DNA of 51,620 nucleotides. Source: an uncultured bacterium (GTDB taxonomy: Bacteria; Gemmatimonadota; Gemmatimonadetes; Longimicrobiales; RSA9). The stretch covers positions 1 through 51,620 of the forward strand of contig CALKIP010000027.1 of the NCBI GenBank assembly GCA_937995995.1. The letters run 5' to 3'. The notes under the pieces were generated by a model. It searched no databases. It saw only the letters and a program-made list of their open reading frames with translations, and was not told the origin of the DNA. The position numbers and the translations under genes were made by a program. Shown piece after piece: positions 44,316-51,620 of the stretch; within the stretch, counting starts at the first letter, position 1, and the number at the start of each line of letters is the position of its first letter.

Positions 44316-46715
44316 TTGACCACCGTTGCGGCCGTGGCCGTCCTGCTGTTGATCCTCGCCGTTGCCCTCGCGGTGCTCCCTGCACGGCGTGCTCGTGCAC
44401 GGCTTGCCTCGCGCGTCGAGGAGGCCGAGCGGCGTGCCTGGGAGGAGATCGCCCCCGAGGAGGCCGCGCACGCGCCGGGCGATGCGGCTTCCGCGGCATC
44501 GCGCCACACCTCGCTCCTCGAGGAGATCCAGCGTGAGCACGAGCGAGCCGATTTCGAGAGACATCGCTTGCAAGCGGTCCTCGACGCCCTCCCCGTTGGC
44601 GTTTTCATCGTCGATGCACGTGGCCACGTCACCCTGGAGAACCCGGCGGTGCGGGACATCTGGGGCGAGGTCATCCGACTGGCCGACAGTCGGGACCGCC
44701 TTCGGGGTTTCAAGGGGTGGTGGCCCGACACGGGCCGACGCATCGAGGCGCACGAGTGGCCGCTGGTCCGGGCCCTCGAGAGGGGCGAAGTCACGACGGC
44801 GGAAGAGATCGAGATCGAGACCCCGAATGGTCGGCGCAAGTCGGTCCTGAACTACGCCAACCCCTTTCGTGATCAGGAGGGCAGGATCACCGGCGCGATA
44901 TCGGTGAGCGTGGACATCACCGAGCAGCGGAACGCGGAGGAGCGGCAGCGTTTCCTGGCCGAGGTCGGGCGGATCCTGACCTCCAGCCTGGAGATCGATG
45001 CGACGCTTCGTGCCGTGGCCCGGCTCGCGGTCCCACGCATCGCGGACGGCTGCGCCATCTTCCTTCTCAGCGCGGGGCGCATCGAGATGATCGAGTTGGC
45101 GCATGTGGATCCAGAGGTCGCCGGCCGCGTGCGGGAACAGGCTCAGCCGCTGGACCCCGCGTCGCGGTCGGTGGTCGCCCGTGTGATCCGGACGGGCGAA
45201 TCGGTGCTGGTGACCGAGGTCTCGGCACCGGCCCTGCGGGAGGAGGGCTGGGATGAGGCCAGCATACGGACCCTCGAGACGCTCGAGGCGCGCTCGGCGC
45301 TGATCGTGCCGATGCGTGCCCACGAGGAGACCGTGGGCGCGATCACCCTCATCGCGTCGGAATCGGGCCGGACGTACGGGCCCCACGACCTGGCGCTGGC
45401 CGAGGACATGGCGCGCCGCGCCGCCTTTGCGCTGGAGAACGCGCGCCTCTTCGACCAGGCCCGGCAGGCCCGCGGCGAGGCGGAGCGCCGTGCGCGGGAG
45501 GAGGAGGCGCTCCGGAGAGCGGCCGCCGCGGTCGGCGCCACCTTCACGATCGAGGAGGTGGTCCGCCAGATCGCTGAAAGCGCCCTCACCGCGACGAATG
45601 CGGACGGCGCGGTGGTGGAGCGTATCACGCTGGAGGACGATGTCGTCGTCGTGGCGGTGGCCGGCGAGCGGAACGTGCCGCTCGGGTCGCGGATGCCGTA
45701 TCGGGGATCGCTGGCGCAGTGGGTGGTCGAGCGTGGGGAATCGGAGTCGATCGCCGTGCTGGGCGAGGAGCGTGAGCGCGTCTCCCCCGAACTCCGTCGG
45801 GCCTGCCCCGAGTGCTCCGCACTCGCGCTCCCGCTCCTGGATGCCGGGACCGCGATCGGCGCGCTCATCCTCCTGCGTGAGCCGGAGCGGTGGACCTTCC
45901 GTCCGGATGAGGCCGCGCGTGCACGTGCCTTTGCGCATCTGGCCGCGCTCGCCTTCCGGAAGGTGCACCTGCTGGACGATTCCGAGCGCAGACGCGAAGA
46001 GCTGGTCGAGGTGATGGAGAGCCGGTCGCGACTCATGCGAGGCTTCTCACATGATGTGAAGAATCCACTCGGCGCGGCCGATGGCCTCCTCCAGCTCCTG
46101 GAAGACGGCATCATGGGCCCGCTCGACGCAAAGCAGAAGGAGGGCGTGGGACGTGCGCGGCGCACCATCGGTGATGCGCTTCGGTTGATCGACGACCTGC
46201 TGGAGATGGCCAGGACGGAGACGGGCGAGCTCACGCTCGAGTGGAAGCCGGCGGATGTCCGGGAGGTGGCTCGGGAAATGGGCGAGGAGTACCGATCGGG
46301 CGCGGCGGCGAAGGGGCTCTCGATGGAGATCCGGCTGCCGGACACGCTCCCGGTGATCGAAAGCGACCCGGACCGGATTCGTCAGATCCTCGGCAACCTC
46401 CTGTCGAACGCGGTCAAATACACGCACGAGGGCGGCGTCACGGTCGGTGTCGAGCTACGCGAGGATGGAGGCGCACCCGCTTCCGGCCGGTGGATCGCCA
46501 CGTGGGTGTCGGACACGGGGCCGGGGATCCCGGCCGAGCAGCAGTCACTGCTTTTCAAGGAGTTCAGCCGGCTCGACGAGAGCGGCGAAAAACACGGCGC
46601 GGGCATCGGGCTGGCGATCAGTCAGCGGATCGCCCATGCACTCGGCGGTGAGATCACGCTGGAGAGCGAGGTCGGTCGGGGGTCCACCTTCACGCTGTGG
46701 CTGCCGTATGCCTGA
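44316..46715 (+). CDS. Sensor histidine kinase (TM-PAS-GAF-GAF-HisKA-HATPase)
   Basis: 799 aa, TTG start. N-terminal TM helix; PAS (LDALPVGVFIVDARGHVTLENPA); two GAF-like blocks; H-box FSHDVKNPL; N-box LGNLLSNAVKYT; G-boxes DTGPGI and GAGIGLAI. Confidence 0.9.
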   Translation: MTTVAAVAVLLLILAVALAVLPARRARARLASRVEEAERRAWEEIAPEEAAHAPGDAASAASRHTSLLEEIQREHERADFERHRLQAVLDALPVGVFIVDARGHVTLENPAVRDIWGEVIRLADSRDRLRGFKGWWPDTGRRIEAHEWPLVRALERGEVTTAEEIEIETPNGRRKSVLNYANPFRDQEGRITGAISVSVDITEQRNAEERQRFLAEVGRILTSSLEIDATLRAVARLAVPRIADGCAIFLLSAGRIEMIELAHVDPEVAGRVREQAQPLDPASRSVVARVIRTGESVLVTEVSAPALREEGWDEASIRTLETLEARSALIVPMRAHEETVGAITLIASESGRTYGPHDLALAEDMARRAAFALENARLFDQARQARGEAERRAREEEALRRAAAAVGATFTIEEVVRQIAESALTATNADGAVVERITLEDDVVVVAVAGERNVPLGSRMPYRGSLAQWVVERGESESIAVLGEERERVSPELRRACPECSALALPLLDAGTAIGALILLREPERWTFRPDEAARARAFAHLAALAFRKVHLLDDSERRREELVEVMESRSRLMRGFSHDVKNPLGAADGLLQLLEDGIMGPLDAKQKEGVGRARRTIGDALRLIDDLLEMARTETGELTLEWKPADVREVAREMGEEYRSGAAAKGLSMEIRLPDTLPVIESDPDRIRQILGNLLSNAVKYTHEGGVTVGVELREDGGAPASGRWIATWVSDTGPGIPAEQQSLLFKEFSRLDESGEKHGAGIGLAISQRIAHALGGEITLESEVGRGSTFTLWLPYA

Positions 46716-49431
46716 GCGCGGCCGGAGAGGTGACGACGCGCGCCGACCGGAACGTGCGGCGTGGCCGAGCGGCGATCGGCGACGGGTGCGCGGGGATTGG
46801 GGCGTCACGATCGTCGTCATTCTCGTCGCCATCCTCGTTCTCGAACTCTTTCGTCGCTCGGCGATCTTTACGCCAGCGTACGGCGCATCCGTAGTGGCGA
46901 TCGTCCTCTTCGCGGCCGTCACCTTCGCCGCATTCCGGGGCGGGCTGCGTGCCGGCCTCGTGGGCGCCGCCCTCGCCGTCGTCTATGCGATGGCCGTCTT
47001 GTCGACACCGGGCCAGCCCTTCAGCTACCGGATGGAGGGAGAGGTCGCCCGCATCCTCGTCATCGCCTCCGCGCTGATCATCGTCGCACTGGTCGTCGGG
47101 ATCCTGCGTGAGCGGGTCGACCGGCTCGTGGCCGACGAGCGCGCCGCGCGTGAGTTCGTCACGGACATCCTCGACAGCATCTCCGACGGGTTCTACGCGG
47201 TGGACCGGGATTGGCGCTTCACCTACCTGAACCCGAGGGCGGAGGAGATCCTGCAGCGATCACGGGAGGAACTCCTGGGCCGAAACATCTGGGAGGAGTT
47301 TCCGAAGGCGGCCGACCTGAGGTTCTACAGCGAGTACCATCGAGCGCTCGACGAGGGTGTCGTTGTGGACTTCGAGGCGTACGACCCGTCGTTCGGGCGC
47401 TGGTTCGAGGTCCGCGCCTACCCGTCCGGGACGGGGCTCGCCGTCTATTTCCAGGACATCACCGAGCGAAAGCGACAGCAGGAGGAGCTGGAGGATACGG
47501 CCGCGGAGCTCGAGGCTGCTGTCGACGAGCTCCAGGCCCGGACCGCGGAGGCGGAGACGGCCCGTGCCGAGGTCGAGGAGGCCGGCAGGTGGTCGGCCTT
47601 TCTCGCGGAGGCCGGGCGCTTGCTCTCCTCCAGCCTCGACTACGACAAGACCCTTCGAACGCTGACCGACCTCGCCACGCCGGCCCTGGCCGACCTGTGC
47701 AACGTCGGCATCCTGGGCGAAGACGGGCAGATCCACCGCATGGCGGTGGACAGCGCCGACCCGGTCACATCCGGACTCGCCAGGGAAATCGTGAGCCGCT
47801 ACCCGCCCGGCCCCCATGCATCGGTAGGCGTGGCCAAGGTGCTGCGCACCGGTGAGCCCGAGCTGCTCCCGGAAGTTACGGACGAGGTGCTGCGAGGCAT
47901 CGCCCAGGACGACGAGCACCTTCGGCTACTGAGGCGGCTCGGGATGCGGAGTGCGATGATCGTACCCCTCGTCGCTCGTGGGCGCATACTCGGCTCGATC
48001 TCGCTGATCTCGACCGTGTCCGGCCGCCGCTACGATCGGAACGACCTCTCCCGCGCCCTGGATCTGGCCACTCGTGCGGCGCTCGCCATGGACAACGCCC
48101 GGTTGTACCAGGAGATGGAGCGCGAGGAAGAGCGTTCGGCGTTCCTCTCCGAGGCGAGCCGCATCCTGGCCGCATCACTCGACTACCGGCAGACGCTCGG
48201 CGCCGTGGTGCGGTTGGCGGTGCCGACGCTCGCCGACTTCTGCACCCTCGACCTCGTCGAGGAGGGCCAGGGACTCCAGCGACTCGCGGCAGCGCACCGC
48301 GATCCCGACCGACTCCCACGGCTGTCAGAGGTCCAGCTCTTCCCGCCCGGCCCGGAAAATCCGCTGGACAGGGCACTGCGCACAGGCACGCCGGAGTTGA
48401 TCGCGGAGCTTTCCGAGGCGTGCCGGGAGCACGCGGCGACCGACGCCGCACACCTCGACCCGACGCACGGACTCGGCGCCCGGTCGGCCATGATCGTTCC
48501 CCTCGTCGCGCGAGGGCAGGTGCTCGGCGTCATGATGTTCGCCACGGCGGAGTCCGGCCGCAGGTTCGACGAGAACGATCTCGCACTGGCCGAGGAGGTC
48601 GCGCGCCGCGCGGCGATCGCCGTGGACAACGCGCGCCTCTACGAAGAGGCGCTCGTAGCCAACCAGGCCAAGAGCGATTTCCTGGCCGTCATGAGTCACG
48701 AACTGCGCACGCCGCTCAACGCGATCATGGGCTACACGGACCTGCTCAAGGCCGGCGTACCCGATGCGCTGACCGGTCCCCAGGCCGAGCAGATCGACCG
48801 CATCGACGCGAGTGCACGCCACCTCCTCGAGCTGATCGAGGAGATCCTGACCTTCTCACGCACCGAGGCGGGAAGAGAGGAGGTCCGGACGCGTCCCGTG
48901 GAGATCTCCGACCTCATACGCGATGTGGCCGTACGGACCCAGCGGCTCGCTCGGGAGAAAGGACTCGACTTCCGCGTCAGCGCGCCCGAGCCGCCGGCGG
49001 AGGTCGAGACCGATCCGGCCAAGTTGCGGCAGATCCTCGTCAACGTGATCTCGAACGCCGTGAAATTCACCGAAAAGGGCGAAATCGAGCTTGTGGCGAG
49101 GCTCGAGGACGACCGCTTGATCCTCCAGGTCCGTGACACCGGGATCGGGATCGCACCGGAGGATCAGGAGCGGATTTTCTCGCCCTTCGTCCAGGTCGAG
49201 CGCGCACTCACACGAGAGCAGGGCGGCACCGGCCTCGGCCTCAGCGTGGCCCGTCGCCTGGCCCGCCTCCTGGGAGGCGACATCTCCGTGGAGAGCGAGC
49301 CCGGCGTGGGAAGCACCTTCACGGTCGACCTGCCGGCGCGGGTGGGGCCGGATGGCGGTGAGCCGATGGCGGAGGGTCCGGAGTCGGAGTCGGGGTCGGG
49401 GTCGGGGTCGGGAAAACCGCTTAGGGATTGA
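46708..49431 (+). CDS. Sensor histidine kinase (multi-TM-PAS-GAF-GAF-HisKA-HATPase)
   Basis: ATG 46708 overlaps the upstream gene by 8 nt. TM helices; PAS ([29 protein letters not shown]); two GAF blocks; H-box [12 protein letters not shown]; N-box [12 protein letters not shown]; DTGIGI and GTGLGLSV. It ends in a Gly-Ser repeat. Confidence 0.88.
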   Translation: MPERGRRGDDARRPERAAWPSGDRRRVRGDWGVTIVVILVAILVLELFRRSAIFTPAYGASVVAIVLFAAVTFAAFRGGLRAGLVGAALAVVYAMAVLSTPGQPFSYRMEGEVARILVIASALIIVALVVGILRERVDRLVADERAAREFVTDILDSISDGFYAVDRDWRFTYLNPRAEEILQRSREELLGRNIWEEFPKAADLRFYSEYHRALDEGVVVDFEAYDPSFGRWFEVRAYPSGTGLAVYFQDITERKRQQEELEDTAAELEAAVDELQARTAEAETARAEVEEAGRWSAFLAEAGRLLSSSLDYDKTLRTLTDLATPALADLCNVGILGEDGQIHRMAVDSADPVTSGLAREIVSRYPPGPHASVGVAKVLRTGEPELLPEVTDEVLRGIAQDDEHLRLLRRLGMRSAMIVPLVARGRILGSISLISTVSGRRYDRNDLSRALDLATRAALAMDNARLYQEMEREEERSAFLSEASRILAASLDYRQTLGAVVRLAVPTLADFCTLDLVEEGQGLQRLAAAHRDPDRLPRLSEVQLFPPGPENPLDRALRTGTPELIAELSEACREHAATDAAHLDPTHGLGARSAMIVPLVARGQVLGVMMFATAESGRRFDENDLALAEEVARRAAIAVDNARLYEEALVANQAKSDFLAVMSHELRTPLNAIMGYTDLLKAGVPDALTGPQAEQIDRIDASARHLLELIEEILTFSRTEAGREEVRTRPVEISDLIRDVAVRTQRLAREKGLDFRVSAPEPPAEVETDPAKLRQILVNVISNAVKFTEKGEIELVARLEDDRLILQVRDTGIGIAPEDQERIFSPFVQVERALTREQGGTGLGLSVARRLARLLGGDISVESEPGVGSTFTVDLPARVGPDGGEPMAEGPESESGSGSGSGKPLRD
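49375..49410 (+). repeat. Hexanucleotide microsatellite (GRGTCG)x6 at the 3' end of the kinase gene
   Basis: GGTCCG GAGTCG GAGTCG GGGTCG GGGTCG GGGTCG, encoding [12 protein letters not shown]. Confidence 0.9.
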
Positions 49432-49548
49432 GGCCCGAAGCGTCTGGACGGCTCGAGCCGATGCGTGAGGGTTCCGGCCCCATTGCTGTCGCGGATGCGC
49501 GTCGTCGGACATCGGGGACGCACTCACACCTCTTACAGAGGCGCGAGA

Positions 49549-50103
49549 ATGGCGACCGAATGGGAGAAGATGGTCAGTGGACGGCTCTACGACCCGCATG
49601 ACCCCGCGCTGGTGGCGGCGCGCAAGCGCGCACGCGAGCTGACCAAGGCGCTCAACGACTCCGGCCCCGGCGAGACGGAGGAACGCGCACGCATTCTCCG
49701 CGAACTGTTCGGCACGGCGGGCGAGCGGCTGTGGGTCGAGCCGCCGTTCTACTGTGACTACGGCAGCAACATCACAACCGGCCTCGACGTCTTCTTCAAC
49801 TTCGACTGCGTCGTGCTGGACGTGGCGCCCGTGCGCATCGGCGACCGTGTCCTCTTCGGCCCCGCGGTCCAGATCTATACGGCCACCCACCCGGTCGACG
49901 CCGAGGAGCGGAGAATGGGGCTCGAGGCGGGCCGCCCGATCGAGATCGGCTCCGACGTCTGGGTGGGCGGCGGTTGCATCCTGCTCCCGGGCGTCCGCGT
50001 CGGTTCTGGGTCGGTGATCGGCGCGGGGAGCGTGGTGACCAGGGACGTGCCCGAAGGGGTGTTCGCGGCCGGGAACCCGTGCCGTGTGATCCGCGAGTTG
50101 TAG
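49549..50103 (+). CDS. maa: Maltose/galactoside O-acetyltransferase family (left-handed beta-helix)
   Basis: Within ORF 49465..50103. The N-terminal MATEWEKMVSGRLYDPHDPALVAARKRA is typical of Maa/LacA. Hexapeptide repeats IGSDVWVGGGCILLPGVRVGSGSVIGAGSVV. Confidence 0.88.
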   Translation: MATEWEKMVSGRLYDPHDPALVAARKRARELTKALNDSGPGETEERARILRELFGTAGERLWVEPPFYCDYGSNITTGLDVFFNFDCVVLDVAPVRIGDRVLFGPAVQIYTATHPVDAEERRMGLEAGRPIEIGSDVWVGGGCILLPGVRVGSGSVIGAGSVVTRDVPEGVFAAGNPCRVIREL

Positions 50104-50231
50104 ATCTAGCCCGGCGATACGGCTCGCCGGACCCCGACCCGAGGGGCGAAGGCGGCCTTGCACCTTCCCGTCGGCCCTTCTATCGTCCCGACCCGGTTCT
50201 CGCCCTAACCTACCCGCACCACCGGTTCGCC

Positions 50232-51620
50232 ATGCCACGCAAGCTGACGAGCGCCGTCGCGCTCGGGATCTCCTGGGCTCTGCTCGTTCTGCCGAATTCG
50301 GCGTCATCGCAGACCCCGATCGAGTTCGAGCACTCGGCCGAGTTCCGCTGGCTGAACAAACCGGTCCTCGACCGGCGGATCCTGGACGATCTCACGGATC
50401 CCGACACCTGGCACCTGCGGGGGACGGCCGAGCTGTCGTTTCCTGACGACCGCGCCGGCCCGGGCGGGGAGCATGTGCTGCGCGTCGACATGGAGATGTT
50501 CCATGACGAGCCCGCACCCACGCGAACGCGCCTATCCTCGGCCACACTCCGGCGGTCCTTTCCGGGCGAGGACTGGAGCGGCTACAACCGCATCTCGCTC
50601 TGGATACGGCCGGACGTCGCCGGCTTCCCGATGTTGCCGCTCCAGATCGTGCTGCACAACGAGGGACGCGACACTCTGCCGGATGGCTACAACCGCGAGG
50701 GCACGCACTACGTCACGCTGAAGAACGGCGTCTGGCAGCAGGTGGTCTGGGAGATCGAGTCGCTGCCGCGCGACCGCGTGACGGGGGTCTCGATCGGCTA
50801 CTGGGTCAACAAGATGCTCGCCGCCCCGGGCGACCGCGTCGCCTACGAGGTCGCGGGGCTCGAGCTCCAGCGCGTCGAGCCCGACCACTACCTGGGATGG
50901 AACGTGGCACCGGGGCGCATCGCCTACAGCCACAGCGGCTACCTGCCGGAGGCGTCCAAGACCGCGCTCGCGAGCGACCTCGATGCGACGTCGTTCGAGG
51001 TGATCCGTGTCGACGACACCGCACTGGGCGCGATCGTCTTCACGGGGCCGGTGCACACGATGAACACGCGGCTCGGCCGCTACCAGGTCCTCGACTTCTC
51101 CGCCGTGCGTGAGCCGGGGCGCTACATCCTCCGCGCGGGTGATCGCCACACGCGCCCGTTCTCGATCGGCAGCGACGCCTGGCGCAGCTCGATCCTCAAG
51201 GCGCTCAACTTCTTCCACGGCGAACGCTGCGGCTTCCACGAGTTCGACTCGCACGGCGTCGACCACCGCGACTGGCTCGCCACGCACGAGGGTCGCTCGA
51301 TCGTCATGAACGGCGGCTGGCACGACGCCGGCGACCTCTCGCAGGGGATGATCAACACCGGCGAGGCGACGTACGCGATGTTCGCACTCGCCCAGCGGCT
51401 CGAGGAGCGCGGGCAGGACCCGGAGCTCGTCGAGCGGCTGATCGACGAGGCCAGGTGGGGGCTCGACTGGGTGCTCAAGGTCCGCTTCGACGGCGGGTAC
51501 CGCATCGGCTTCGCGAGCAACAACCTGTGGACCAACGGCGTCATCGGCGACGCCGACGACCGCACCCGCGAGGCGCTGAACAACCCGAACGTGAACTACA
51601 TCGCGGCGGCAGCCGGCGCG
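50232..51620 (+). CDS. Glycoside hydrolase family 9-like protein, N-terminal part (runs off the right edge)
   Basis: Hand translation from ATG 50232: signal peptide MPRKLTSAVALGISWALLVLPNSASSQ, then a long N-terminal module, then FFHGERCG...NGGWHDAGDLSQG (GH9 GGW[YH]DAGD signature). Not in the ORF track because it is open-ended. Confidence 0.75.
   Translation, partial: MPRKLTSAVALGISWALLVLPNSASSQTPIEFEHSAEFRWLNKPVLDRRILDDLTDPDTWHLRGTAELSFPDDRAGPGGEHVLRVDMEMFHDEPAPTRTRLSSATLRRSFPGEDWSGYNRISLWIRPDVAGFPMLPLQIVLHNEGRDTLPDGYNREGTHYVTLKNGVWQQVVWEIESLPRDRVTGVSIGYWVNKMLAAPGDRVAYEVAGLELQRVEPDHYLGWNVAPGRIAYSHSGYLPEASKTALASDLDATSFEVIRVDDTALGAIVFTGPVHTMNTRLGRYQVLDFSAVREPGRYILRAGDRHTRPFSIGSDAWRSSILKALNFFHGERCGFHEFDSHGVDHRDWLATHEGRSIVMNGGWHDAGDLSQGMINTGEATYAMFALAQRLEERGQDPELVERLIDEARWGLDWVLKVRFDGGYRIGFASNNLWTNGVIGDADDRTREALNNPNVNYIAAAAGA

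Noticed and set aside
44049-45968. 639-aa minus-strand ORF
   Set aside because: It is antisense to the first histidine kinase, whose motifs are unambiguous on the plus strand.

Overview
High-GC (roughly 65-70% by eye) bacterial chromosome segment covering the replication-origin and partition region plus about 40 kb of housekeeping and accessory genes. All family calls come from reading motifs in the supplied translations; no searches were run. From left to right: parB (partial) and parA on the minus strand. Then two perfect 16-bp parS palindromes (TGTTTCACGTGAAACA) bracket a frameshifted ABC-class ATPase gene, which is flanked by two unusually long gene-free blocks. Then acyP, and the conserved rpmH-rnpA-yidD-yidC operon (minus) divergent from dnaA-dnaN (plus), with a DnaA-box/AT-rich oriC candidate in the dnaA-dnaN spacer. 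Downstream genes are a parvulin lipoprotein, pyrE, an acetoacetate-decarboxylase-like/desaturase divergent pair, an aminotransferase-BtpA operon, two tandem secreted amidohydrolases, MarR-YceI, ligA and an alpha/beta hydrolase. Next come a putative copper-uptake module (DUF2946-like, TonB-dependent receptor, His-rich lipoprotein) and a four-gene translationally coupled cluster (RibD_C reductase, MDR dehydrogenase, Cys-less PTPS-like enzyme, glycosyltransferase-methyltransferase fusion), followed by a PLP decarboxylase. Then a putative Fur-controlled HmuY/TonB-receptor/secreted CbiX-like tetrapyrrole locus, Sco-PCuAC and CtaG, two tandem PAS-GAF-GAF histidine kinases, an acetyltransferase and a partial GH9 glycoside hydrolase. 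No rRNA, tRNA, CRISPR, transposase or integrase was recognised. The best candidate for an undescribed system is the pterin-like modification cluster at 30.5-34.8 kb. The gene-free, lower-GC block with DnaA-box-like tandem repeats next to parS (4.0-5.3 kb) and the HmuY/TBDR/periplasmic chelatase locus also deserve follow-up. Two genes (ABC-ATPase, ctaG) show apparent frameshifts that could be sequencing errors. The combination of CarboxypepD_reg-type TonB receptors, HmuY and high GC suggests a Gemmatimonadota-like organism, but this is inference only.
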